Notes under the pieces: model-generated
What the model saw: the letters and a program-made list of their open reading frames with translations, nothing else
What the model was told of the DNA's origin: nothing
Database searches by the model: none
Shown here: positions 9,689 to 19,083 of the stretch, one piece after another
Layout of the letters: each line of letters opens with the position of its first letter
Position numbering within the stretch: the stretch's first letter is position 1
Made by a program: the position numbers and the translations under genes
Assembly (NCBI GenBank): GCA_021413905.1
Contig: JAIOPO010000005.1
Location: 81,271-145,270, forward strand
Direction of reading: 5' to 3'
Length of the DNA stretch: 64,000 bases
Source: Candidatus Nomurabacteria bacterium
GTDB taxonomy: Bacteria; Patescibacteriota; Minisyncoccia; Phycocordibacterales; UBA9973

Positions 9689-11053
9689 TTAACATTCTAA
9701 TAAAATGCTCTCTCCTTGTTCGGGAGCATAAGCATCGACACCAAGATTGTCTCTCAATTTTTGAACTAAAAATAAAGCAGATTTTGGTTCGCCCATCACG
9801 ACAAAAATTTTTCGTACTGTGTCTTGAGTATCTTCTACGAAATTCACCAAACCGTCAGAATCTTTATGTCCGGAATATCCGGAAATTGTGACTATATGAG
9901 CACGCACAGGAACATCTTCACCTGTAATTCGAACCACTTTTGCGCCTTCTTGAATCAATCTACCCATAGTACCCACAGACTGATATCCTGTGAGCAAAAG
10001 AGTATTATTTGGATCTGGTAAATAATGTCTCTCATGATGCACAACACGCCCTCCTGAAGACATACCAGAACCAGCTATCACTATCTTTGGATTTGGCACA
10101 TTTACAATCATTTTAGATTCTTCTGATTTTAAAGTTGAATGAAGTCCGGGAAAATCAAATAAATGTTTACCTTCAGAAATAGCTTTTTGTGCTGTTTCAT
10201 TAAAATAATTTTTAAATTGTTTAAAAACATTTGTCAGATGAATAGCTAAAGGTGAATCTAAAAATATCGGCATAATAGGAATGCGTTGTTCTTCCACTAA
10301 TGCATCTATTTCAAACAAAAGCTCTTGTGAACGCTCCAAAGAAAATGTTGGTATTACGAGAGTGCCTTTTCTTTTATAATTGTCTTCAATAGTCGCTTCT
10401 AGAAACTTTCTTCTTCCCTCTCTGGATTCATGATTTCTATCTCCGTAAACACTTTCCATTATCAAATAATCTATATCGGTAATTTTTTCTGTATCGGGCA
10501 AAAGCGGTGAAGGACTGTTGCCTAAATCTCCAGTAAAAAGAATTTTCTTTCCATTATAAAAAAATTCCGCCATACCTGAACCCAAAATATGTCCTGCGTT
10601 CCTAAAAGAAACAGAGAGATTCTCATTGATTTGTATTTTTTCATGATATTCAAAACCTTCCCATAAAGAAAGAGCGAGTTTTATATTTTCTTCCGTATAG
10701 ATTTCATTTAATTTATTTTCCGTATTTCTGGATAAAATACCCATAGTATCTTCGAGCATCGGACTTGCGAGTTCTCGCGTAGGTTTTGTGGAATATATTT
10801 TTCCGCGAAAACCATCGTAAATTAATTTTGGAATTCTACCCAAATGATCCACATGAGCATGAGTAACAAAAAGTATATCTATACTTTTTGGATCATAAGA
10901 AAATGGCGCCCAATTTATATCATCAGCCATTTTAGAACCTTGAGTCAATCCGCAATCTATTAGTATTTTTTTATCTTCAACTTCCAACAAAAAATTCGCG
11001 CCTGTCACCGAGCCTGTCCCTCCATAAAAAGTTATTTTAGCTGTTTTTGACAT
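9689..11053 (-). CDS. MBL-fold beta-CASP RNA-metabolising nuclease (CPSF / RNase J-like).
   Basis: Metallo-beta-lactamase HxHxDH motif (HAHVDHLG) followed by a beta-CASP-like region; 454 aa. Confidence 0.8.
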   Translation of the reverse strand: MSKTAKITFYGGTGSVTGANFLLEVEDKKILIDCGLTQGSKMADDINWAPFSYDPKSIDILFVTHAHVDHLGRIPKLIYDGFRGKIYSTKPTRELASPMLEDTMGILSRNTENKLNEIYTEENIKLALSLWEGFEYHEKIQINENLSVSFRNAGHILGSGMAEFFYNGKKILFTGDLGNSPSPLLPDTEKITDIDYLIMESVYGDRNHESREGRRKFLEATIEDNYKRKGTLVIPTFSLERSQELLFEIDALVEEQRIPIMPIFLDSPLAIHLTNVFKQFKNYFNETAQKAISEGKHLFDFPGLHSTLKSEESKMIVNVPNPKIVIAGSGMSSGGRVVHHERHYLPDPNNTLLLTGYQSVGTMGRLIQEGAKVVRITGEDVPVRAHIVTISGYSGHKDSDGLVNFVEDTQDTVRKIFVVMGEPKSALFLVQKLRDNLGVDAYAPEQGESILLEC

Positions 11054-11060
11054 GGGTTAA

Positions 11061-11456
11061 TTATACCTCTTTTTTAAAGACAATGATAACTCTTTTTATA
11101 ACATACAAAATAGCTGTCGATCCACCGGCTAAATCAAAACAAATATCAGAGAAAGTATCCAAAGCATAAAATGGATTTTGCGCCAAAAGATTATTGACCA
11201 ACACTTCAAACACTTCCCAACCGACACCAATCAACAAAACACCCAAAAGCAACCTTGTCACAATTTTTAAAGAAATTTCTTTTACTTTAAATACCCAAAT
11301 TAAAGCGAGTGATAACCAAAAACCTCCCAAGAAATGCATTATCATATCAAAATACCAGATACTTGAATACCAATACAATTTATTGGCCAAAAAATTCAAA
11401 ATAAATATAAAAAAAATAAGTGATGTTATTCGTATTAAAAGTTTTTTCCTATCCAT
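11061..11456 (-). CDS. Small polytopic membrane protein of unknown function.
   Basis: Four predicted hydrophobic helices; no family assigned. Confidence 0.45.
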   Translation of the reverse strand: MDRKKLLIRITSLIFFIFILNFLANKLYWYSSIWYFDMIMHFLGGFWLSLALIWVFKVKEISLKIVTRLLLGVLLIGVGWEVFEVLVNNLLAQNPFYALDTFSDICFDLAGGSTAILYVIKRVIIVFKKEV

Positions 11457-11749
11457 GTATATATTATATCATTTTAAAAGAAAAAATCCGCTCAAAAAAG
11501 AATGACGCGGATACTTTTTTAGGACTACTTCTAAAATATTACTATAGCTTAAAGCTAAGTGGGTGTCAGACGTGAGAGACCAAAGTCAAACACGATCGAG
11601 ACTCCCATAAAATAGTGTTCTAAGTAATAATCAGAAATAACCCTACTAAAAGTATATCAAAAAGTTATCAACATGCAACTAGACGACAAGTTTTTTTTGT
11701 TTTGCAACTATTTTTTTATAAAAAAAATTTAAAAAATAAAAATTCACAA

Positions 11750-11780
11750 AAAAAAATCCGCCGTATGGCGGATTTTTTAT
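11750..11780. terminator. Intrinsic terminator downstream of ndk (atccgcc-gtat-ggcggat with flanking A/T runs; works on both strands).
   Basis: Seen directly in the sequence; U-tract on the minus strand after the ndk stop. Confidence 0.65.
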
Positions 11781-11785
11781 AAAAA

Positions 11786-12259
11786 TTATTTATGTTCAGC
11801 GTAAATAAAATCAGCATCTATCTTTTCATAAGAAAAAATTTCATTTTCAAAAAAGAAACGCGCGACTTCTGTCTCACCAGCCTCTACAGAATCAGAAGCA
11901 TGAACAATATTTGATTGTGTGGAAAGAGAAAAATCTCCGCGAATAGTGCCTGCATTCGCTTCCCAAGCTTTCGTCGGGCCCACTAGTAAACGAATAGCAG
12001 AAACGGCGTTAATGCCTTCTACTGCTAAGACTACCACCGGACAATGTTTCATAAAGTCTCTAATACCAGGAAAAAATGGCTTATCTTTGATATGAGCATA
12101 ATGTTCTTCTAACGTCGCATCTTTTAGATTCATCATTTTCATTCCGACTATTTTTAAACCTTTTCTTTCAAGGCGAGAAACTATTTCTCCCACCAAATTT
12201 CTCTGAACTGCGTCAGGTTTTATAATAATCAATGATTTCTCACTATTTGGTCTTGTCAT
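11786..12259 (-). CDS. ndk: Nucleoside diphosphate kinase.
   Basis: NDK fold with the active-site His in NIVHASD. Confidence 0.9.
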   Translation of the reverse strand: MTRPNSEKSLIIIKPDAVQRNLVGEIVSRLERKGLKIVGMKMMNLKDATLEEHYAHIKDKPFFPGIRDFMKHCPVVVLAVEGINAVSAIRLLVGPTKAWEANAGTIRGDFSLSTQSNIVHASDSVEAGETEVARFFFENEIFSYEKIDADFIYAEHK

Positions 12260-12328
12260 AAATATGTTTTAAATTAAAATGCTAATATCACTATACTATC
12301 AGAAAATATCATTTTTGCAAAATAAAAT

Positions 12329-13144
12329 CTATTTTACAAATTTGCCGACAATACAAGCCTCAGCTCCTATTTTTTGATTCTTTCTTGGAAAGATAATACA
12401 TTCATTTTTCTTTGATTTAATCTTTTTTATTCCATCTATTGCAAACACAGCATTATCCGGAAGTAATTCAAAATTTTTATAATCTTTCATAAAATTAAAA
12501 TTATTTGTTTTTGCTTTTAAAACTTTGGTAACTTGAACTATTTTTTTATTTGTTCTTTTTTTATTTGAAACATGGAAATCCATCAAATTAAAATAATCTA
12601 TAAATTTATAAATTTGTTTTTTTGCAAATTCTTTATATTCTTCTGGTTTAGAAACCGGACCGCATTCTAAACAAATTCCTATTTTGTTTTGATTTTCCAT
12701 ATAGCCATCCGTTGCCCCCGGTTCTATTTTGTTCCAACCATATGAAATAATATTAACATCAAATATTGAAGCAATATTTAAATTTTTTTTACCACAAATA
12801 ATAAAAGGGTTCCCTTTTGGATCATTAAAAGCATGCAAATCTAGCAAAGCGTTACTTTTATCTAAAATTTTCATTAATACTCTGGCAATAATATCTTCTT
12901 TATTTTTTTCCTTATTATCTTTCAAAAAACAACGATTTAAATTTTTATCCAACATACGAACATTCTTTTTTACAGCTAAAGGATTCGCCACGACAAAATA
13001 AATTATTCCTTTTTTAATTTTTATTTCCTTAATTATTTCTTTTACCGCCAAGACTCCCACCTTTTCATTACCATGAATACCTGAAAAAACAGCCAGCACT
13101 GGTCCTTTTTCTTTTCCTTTGATTGTTTTTACGTATGGTTGCAT
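12329..13144 (-). CDS. Succinylglutamate desuccinylase / aspartoacylase (AstE-AspA, M14-like zinc deacylase) family protein.
   Basis: Zinc-binding GIHGNE and DLH motifs near the N-terminus, as in the AstE/AspA family. Confidence 0.65.
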   Translation of the reverse strand: MQPYVKTIKGKEKGPVLAVFSGIHGNEKVGVLAVKEIIKEIKIKKGIIYFVVANPLAVKKNVRMLDKNLNRCFLKDNKEKNKEDIIARVLMKILDKSNALLDLHAFNDPKGNPFIICGKKNLNIASIFDVNIISYGWNKIEPGATDGYMENQNKIGICLECGPVSKPEEYKEFAKKQIYKFIDYFNLMDFHVSNKKRTNKKIVQVTKVLKAKTNNFNFMKDYKNFELLPDNAVFAIDGIKKIKSKKNECIIFPRKNQKIGAEACIVGKFVK

Positions 13145-13210
13145 TAATAATTAAATAAATATTTATAAATTAAAAAGGGCAAATTAGTTTTACTAAAAGC
13201 CCTTTATAAA

Positions 13211-13765
13211 TTAGAAAAAAACCCAAGAACAATCTTTAAAAAGAGGACAGATCTTACAATTTTCTTTTCTGTCATTACACCGAAGACATAAAGTTTTTCT
13301 TAATGCTTCGCAACAAGAATGGTCTTCCATTAAACAACCATTTACTTTGCGAAAAATTTTCTGAACAACTTCATTACTACTTATACTAACAGAAACCCAA
13401 TTTTTTTCTTTAGCAAATTTTAATCTTTCACGAATCAATGACTCACCTATACCGTTTCCACGGTAATCAGGCAAGACAAAATTTGTACCAATTTCAACAA
13501 CCTTTTTACCGTCAAGATATGGTTCTGACTTATCACAGGTTCTAGGTAAAAAAATACCAGCAGCTCCTATGATTTCATTATTTTCATAACTAAAAACGGC
13601 CATTAATAACGTACTCTTAATCTCATCAACAGACAAAGTAAGCATATGCTTCTCTTCTCTAGTTTTACATGACCACCATTCAAAATTCTGGGTGATTCTT
13701 GCACTTTCTTGTCTATTCCTATCGGTAAAGTCAAAAATTTCCACTTTTTTTTCTGATGTTTTCAT
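13211..13765 (-). CDS. GNAT-family N-acyltransferase with a C-terminal cysteine-rich tail.
   Basis: Acyl-CoA-binding R/Q-x-x-G-x-G/A motif (RGNGIGESL). The C-terminal 45 aa contain 9 Cys (C..CC..C..C..C..C..C). Confidence 0.65.
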   Translation of the reverse strand: MKTSEKKVEIFDFTDRNRQESARITQNFEWWSCKTREEKHMLTLSVDEIKSTLLMAVFSYENNEIIGAAGIFLPRTCDKSEPYLDGKKVVEIGTNFVLPDYRGNGIGESLIRERLKFAKEKNWVSVSISSNEVVQKIFRKVNGCLMEDHSCCEALRKTLCLRCNDRKENCKICPLFKDCSWVFF

Positions 13766-13835
13766 ATTATAAAAAGAACGATGAATTTAAAACAGTCCAA
13801 CTATTATAATATCAAAATAAAAAAAATATTCAAAA

Positions 13836-14747
13836 TTACTTATCCACACCTACCAGAAATTGCAAAATAATATCTTGTGCTATTTTTATTGTCATTTCTG
13901 GTTTATCTTTTTCTGGATTAACTTCAACTAAATCAATAGAGAAAAGTTTCTTTGAAGCCATAATTGGTTGCATGCAAATATTAACCATTTCAGCACTAAA
14001 ACCATTAACATTTGGAGTACCAGTAGCACTGACTAAATCTTTCTTAAATACATCAATATCAAAAGTAACATGCAATACATCCATACGAGAACAAAAATCA
14101 TTTATATATGAAATTATTTCAGAAGAATTTGAATTAATATCATTTGAACTAATAATTTTAATATTTTTCTCATTGATAAATCTTTTTTCTTCATCTTCCA
14201 AAATCAAATTACCAATATATAAAAAATTATCTGTTGGAATACGAACATTGGCAACTTGAATAATATTTTCTTCATCAAAATCACTCAACAAAGGCCTTAG
14301 CCACATACCGTGAACATTTCCAGACGGACTTGTTTTTGATAAATGTATATCACCATGAGAATCAAAGTCTATAAAACCCACTTTTTTGTTTTCTAAAAAT
14401 TTCAAAGAAGCTATATCTGAAGCAAGAGCGACACTATGATCTCCTCCTAAAGTTACTACAAATTTATAATTATTAAAATTCAATTCACTTAAAATTTTTT
14501 CAGATAAATCTTTTGTCTCCTTAGAAAAAACAGAATAATAATCTTCGTCTAATACATCTTCCGGATTCGAAAAACTAAAATCTAATATTTTTAAATTATA
14601 TTTATCTTTTAAATTTCCTAAAAAATGTTCATCTAAAACAGCATCGGGACCATTCTCTACACCTATATTTAAAACTGTATCTCCTCCAAAAGGTAAAAAT
14701 TTCATACCTAGCCGAGATTTTGCTTTTATTAAAAGTAAGTTATTCAT
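13836..14747 (-). CDS. Arginase / agmatinase / formiminoglutamase (ureohydrolase) family protein.
   Basis: Binuclear-Mn ligand motifs GGDHS, DFDSHGD and TFDIDVF. Confidence 0.75.
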   Translation of the reverse strand: MNNLLLIKAKSRLGMKFLPFGGDTVLNIGVENGPDAVLDEHFLGNLKDKYNLKILDFSFSNPEDVLDEDYYSVFSKETKDLSEKILSELNFNNYKFVVTLGGDHSVALASDIASLKFLENKKVGFIDFDSHGDIHLSKTSPSGNVHGMWLRPLLSDFDEENIIQVANVRIPTDNFLYIGNLILEDEEKRFINEKNIKIISSNDINSNSSEIISYINDFCSRMDVLHVTFDIDVFKKDLVSATGTPNVNGFSAEMVNICMQPIMASKKLFSIDLVEVNPEKDKPEMTIKIAQDIILQFLVGVDK

Positions 14748-14800
14748 AACTTTATCATACCACTTATAGTATTTTAAATAAAAAACCTGTGGATAACCTT

Positions 14801-17575
14801 CTACCCATTTCTCTTCTCATATCTGCCCATGATTTCTGCTTCAACTTCTTCCCTGTCACGTCCATATTTGAGATAGGATAATTCTTTCAGACTTTCCACT
14901 ATTTCCGGATTGCCTTTTGGCAACAAAGACCAATGAGATGTCATACTGAAAGGTTTTGTAGGTGTGCCATTTACGAGCATACTCACATAAGAATTAAAAT
15001 TATCCAATTTCATAATATCTGTCGCTGAAAAAGTTGGCTTAAATTTAGACTCAATGGCAGTGGCATCTTCTGGAGAAACACGATAAACAGCCATAGAACC
15101 GACGTTTCCAAAAACAGCATTTTTAATATTTTCTTCAAGTTGAGAAATGTATTGATGAGCGACAGTCAAAGACAAACGATATTTGCGGGCTTCGGAAAGA
15201 ATAGAAGCGATGGAGTCTGTAGTCACATTTTGGAATTCATCGATATAAAGATAAAAATCATTCATCGGTTTGCCAAACATATCCACGCGAGAAAGTGCCG
15301 CCATTTGTATTTTACCTACAAGTAAAAGACCTATCAAATTCGCATTGATGTCTCCCAGGCGACCTTTGGATAAATTAACCAAAAGTATTTTTTTATTATC
15401 CATAATTTCTCGGAAATTAAAAACAGATTTTTCCTGCAAGACCACAGGACGCATAATATCATTTGAAATAAAATTATCAAATTTAGAAGTAATATACGGC
15501 ACAAAGTTTGCCAGGCCTTGGTCACCTGTTGTTTGTTCCGCAGCCATCCAGAATTGCTTGATAATAGGATTTTTACATTTTGCCAATTTCATATCACGAA
15601 ATTCTTTGTCAGTCAAAACACGGGAAATCTCAAGTAATGTACAACCAGACTCAGGATCTTCCATTATCAAAAAAGCGGAATTTTTGAAATATTGTTCAAA
15701 CATCGGCCCACCGGAAGTTTTCATATCAAAAAGTTTATTAAAAATTCCCATCAATTCGTTTACTACAAAAGTTTTTTGTTCAGGATATTTTGGATCAAAT
15801 TCAAGCATATTGAGACCCATAGGACGCGCAGTATATGCAGGATCAAAATAAATAACATCATCAATGCGTTCTTTTGGAACATAAGACAAAATCTCTTGTA
15901 TATCACTACCATGCGGATCTATAAAACAACAACCATCACCATTCATAATATCTTGAGCAATCATATTTTTTAAAATAGTGGTTTTACCAGTACCAGTCTG
16001 ACCTATAACATACATATGACGCATTCTATCTTCACGAGACATATGTATTTCTGTGTCACGTCCTCTATAACTATTTATCCCCAACAATATACCATCTTTG
16101 CCCATTTCCATAGGAGCAGGTGCCATACCGGCTTTTGCTTCTTTGAGTTGAGGTTGACTTGAAATACCGACAGGATAATGAAAAACGGAAGCCAATTCTT
16201 TTAAATTCATCGGTAAAACTTTTCCAGAATTAAATGTGCGATAAGAAAAATCATGAAATAAATCTTTCAAGCCTGAACCTTTTATTTTTTCAAAAACAAA
16301 AGAATTACTCGCTGATTCTTTAAATTGATTAAAAGAAGACTCAATCTCATTCAAAATTTCTTCCGCACGGATTAATGTTTCCGCAGACGCAACAACACGA
16401 ATATTTGCTTTCAAAATTGAACTTTTTAATTTATTACCTATTTTCTCAACAGCCCCCTCATCCACAGGCCTTCGCCCTTTCATATATTTTTCATCTTTTT
16501 GTTCATTTTTTTTAGAATCATCAAATACCAAACCTTTCACTGCTTGAAAAAAAGCATGCTCAAATTTATAAAAATTATCATTTGCATGTTTTACAGAAAT
16601 TCCACTTTTTACATCATCTAAAATCATATGAAATTCTCTTGTAAATTTTTCACCCGCTGGAGCTACGACGATCTGTATAGCTGCTCCTTCTCCTTGTGTT
16701 TTTAATTTTGAAAATACATTCAAAATAGTATTCATAGGATCATGATCTATATTGTCATAAGTTTTTATAGGCAAAATCGGTCTTTCAGAAAAATGAGCAT
16801 AAGCCCCCACAGAAAAACCTTTTTCGTTGAAAAGATTATAATCTTCAGTTACTTCATTTATTTTTGCATCATGATAAAAAGCCAATACTTGTTTTTCAAA
16901 AAGAGAAATATACTTATTTGGAACAGCAGTATATACCACCACCTCATCACTTTGATTTCCTAACGCAACTTCAAGGGTGAAGTAATTGTCTTTTGAATTA
17001 AATTTATCTTCAGCTATTGATTGCATACCCGCATAAAATTGTTCCATTGCACCAATAAATTCTTTGAAACCTTTTTGCATTTCAGCTTCGTCTTTTGACG
17101 GTGGTAATGTAATTTCAAACAATGTCATATTTAAAGATTTCCAAATAGGTGTACCTTCTTTTAAACCAGAAATAAGTTGCCCTGTCTTTAAATACTGAAC
17201 CAATAATCTATGAAAATCATCATCGACATGAGCATTGTTCATTGAACTTACAGTATCTAAAGCATTTTTTATTCCCTTGGTTAATAAAATACCCAAAAGT
17301 TCTTCCATCACCACATCATGCTTTTCGGGTTTCAATTTTAAAATAATCGTTTCTTTTTCTTTTTTATTCAATAAATTATCTTTACTTAAAACATCAACAG
17401 AAGAAACTTTTTCATATTCAGAAATTGTATTATTCAACGTGTCAATTTCAGCATTTTCAAAATGACCCCTATCGATTAATTCTTTTTCTTTTTGAGCAAC
17501 ATGTGCGCGCAAATACTCCAATTCTTCATTTGGAGTTTTAAATTTTGGTATATCTTTAAAATATGAATTTTCCAT
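14801..17575 (-). CDS. Large P-loop ATPase. The C-terminal half is a TraG/VirD4/FtsK-HerA-type (type IV secretion coupling-protein-like) ATPase domain. The N-terminal ~500 aa are uncharacterised.
   Basis: Walker A GQTGTGKTT, Walker B LYIDEFQ, and a C-terminal TraD/TraG-like segment (RKYRLSLTVAHQYISQL). No N-terminal TM helices. Confidence 0.6.
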   Translation of the reverse strand: MENSYFKDIPKFKTPNEELEYLRAHVAQKEKELIDRGHFENAEIDTLNNTISEYEKVSSVDVLSKDNLLNKKEKETIILKLKPEKHDVVMEELLGILLTKGIKNALDTVSSMNNAHVDDDFHRLLVQYLKTGQLISGLKEGTPIWKSLNMTLFEITLPPSKDEAEMQKGFKEFIGAMEQFYAGMQSIAEDKFNSKDNYFTLEVALGNQSDEVVVYTAVPNKYISLFEKQVLAFYHDAKINEVTEDYNLFNEKGFSVGAYAHFSERPILPIKTYDNIDHDPMNTILNVFSKLKTQGEGAAIQIVVAPAGEKFTREFHMILDDVKSGISVKHANDNFYKFEHAFFQAVKGLVFDDSKKNEQKDEKYMKGRRPVDEGAVEKIGNKLKSSILKANIRVVASAETLIRAEEILNEIESSFNQFKESASNSFVFEKIKGSGLKDLFHDFSYRTFNSGKVLPMNLKELASVFHYPVGISSQPQLKEAKAGMAPAPMEMGKDGILLGINSYRGRDTEIHMSREDRMRHMYVIGQTGTGKTTILKNMIAQDIMNGDGCCFIDPHGSDIQEILSYVPKERIDDVIYFDPAYTARPMGLNMLEFDPKYPEQKTFVVNELMGIFNKLFDMKTSGGPMFEQYFKNSAFLIMEDPESGCTLLEISRVLTDKEFRDMKLAKCKNPIIKQFWMAAEQTTGDQGLANFVPYITSKFDNFISNDIMRPVVLQEKSVFNFREIMDNKKILLVNLSKGRLGDINANLIGLLLVGKIQMAALSRVDMFGKPMNDFYLYIDEFQNVTTDSIASILSEARKYRLSLTVAHQYISQLEENIKNAVFGNVGSMAVYRVSPEDATAIESKFKPTFSATDIMKLDNFNSYVSMLVNGTPTKPFSMTSHWSLLPKGNPEIVESLKELSYLKYGRDREEVEAEIMGRYEKRNG

Positions 17576-17613
17576 TTATTTAATTATACCCTTTAGTTAA
17601 AATTTTCCAAAGT

Positions 17614-18390
17614 TTATTCCGGTAAACGAGTCAGTATTTCTGGCTCTCCATCCGTAATCAAAATAGTATTTTCAAAATGAGCACTTCTTTTTTTATCAGC
17701 TGTTATAAATGTATATTCATCATTTTCTAATTTTACATTTTTTGTTCCCATATTAAGCATAGGTTCAATAGCTATTACCATACCCTTTACGAGCTTAACC
17801 CCTGTATTTTTTTTACCAAAATTTGGTATATATGGATCTTCATGAATTTCTCTACCAACTCCGTGACCAGACAAAACTTCAACTATTCCATATCTATGAG
17901 GACGAGCAAAATTCTCAATTGCATAACCGATATCACCCACTTTATTTCCATTTTGAGCTGCATTTATACCCACATGCATTGCTTTCTCTGTGACTTCTAA
18001 AAGTTTTTTTGAAGCAGGACTCACATCTCCTACCGGCACAGTCAAAGCCATATCTGTATACAGACCTTTATGTTTTAATCCTAAATCAATTGAAACAATG
18101 TCTCCTTCTTTTAAAATTTTCTTATCAGATGGAATACCGTGAACCACTTCTTCATTTACAGAAACACAAAGAGATGCTGGATATGGAGTACGCACCCCTT
18201 CCGGACGATAATTTAAAAAAGCTGGAATATCACCTCCTTCTCTGATTAATTTTTCTGCATATTTGTCCAAGTCTTTCGTAGAAATACCCGGCTTCACAAA
18301 ATCTTTTACTTTGTAAAGTATTACAGCTAACCTGCGTCCACCCTCACGCAATATTTCTATTTCTTCTGGTGTTTTTATAATTATTGCCAT
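17614..18390 (-). CDS. map: Methionine aminopeptidase, type I.
   Basis: Pita-bread fold metal ligands (D..D..H..E..E pattern), e.g. VHGIPSDKKILKEGDIVSIDLG. Confidence 0.9.
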   Translation of the reverse strand: MAIIIKTPEEIEILREGGRRLAVILYKVKDFVKPGISTKDLDKYAEKLIREGGDIPAFLNYRPEGVRTPYPASLCVSVNEEVVHGIPSDKKILKEGDIVSIDLGLKHKGLYTDMALTVPVGDVSPASKKLLEVTEKAMHVGINAAQNGNKVGDIGYAIENFARPHRYGIVEVLSGHGVGREIHEDPYIPNFGKKNTGVKLVKGMVIAIEPMLNMGTKNVKLENDEYTFITADKKRSAHFENTILITDGEPEILTRLPE

Positions 18391-18396
18391 ATATTT

Positions 18397-19080
18397 TTAT
18401 TTTATTACAGTACCAATAAATTTTTCTCCGTTTAAGTAATTCTCTAAATTTTCCAAATTCTTACCATTCATTATAGCTACTTCGATATTTTGTTCTTCGG
18501 ATTTTTTTGCAGCGACAGGATCAAAAGGTGTATTTAATCCAGGATTCCACTCAAGAGGTAATATTTTTCTAAATTCTTCCCAAGAAATATTTTCTATTTT
18601 TTTAGCATCAGAAAATTTATTAGGATCCTTATCGTAAACATAATCTATATTCGAAAGATTAATTACTTTTTTTGAATTAACAGAAATAGCACAATGAATT
18701 GAAGCTAAATCACTACTATTACCAGGCCTCCAACCACCACCAACCATAATATGCTTATCTGTAATTGGTATCAAATCTGGATCTAAAATTAACTTACTAT
18801 AAACAATATCTCCAAAAATAATACGCACTAAATCTGCATTCATTCTCGTAAAAGCTATGCCCATCAAATCCAATTCAGTATCAGAAGGATTTGTAATTTG
18901 TTTTAAAGCATCCAAATATTTTCTGCAACATCTACCACCACCAGTAATAATAATAAATTTTTTACCTTTTTCAACTTGTGAAATAATCAAATTTTTAAAA
19001 TCCTTCAAAAAATCAACATCGATTTCTTCCGGAACAATGAGCGAACCACCCAATGAAATTACAATTATTTCTTCTTTCAT
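18397..19080 (-). CDS. pyrH: UMP kinase (archaeal-type, amino-acid-kinase fold).
   Basis: ~225-aa AAK-fold protein with an ISLGGSLIVPEE N-terminus and the GGG..R nucleotide loop; resembles short archaeal-type UMPK. Confidence 0.65.
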   Translation of the reverse strand: MKEEIIVISLGGSLIVPEEIDVDFLKDFKNLIISQVEKGKKFIIITGGGRCCRKYLDALKQITNPSDTELDLMGIAFTRMNADLVRIIFGDIVYSKLILDPDLIPITDKHIMVGGGWRPGNSSDLASIHCAISVNSKKVINLSNIDYVYDKDPNKFSDAKKIENISWEEFRKILPLEWNPGLNTPFDPVAAKKSEEQNIEVAIMNGKNLENLENYLNGEKFIGTVIK

Positions 19081-19083
19081 AAA

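Noticed and set aside
11521-11745. Attempted fold of the GC-richer core as a tRNA or SRP RNA.
   Set aside because: No acceptor/T-arm pairing or SRP domain IV motif could be found by eye. Kept only as an unclassified candidate sRNA.
15270-15851. 193-aa plus-strand ORF inside the large ATPase gene.
   Set aside because: Antisense to a gene with clear Walker motifs; no homology signal.
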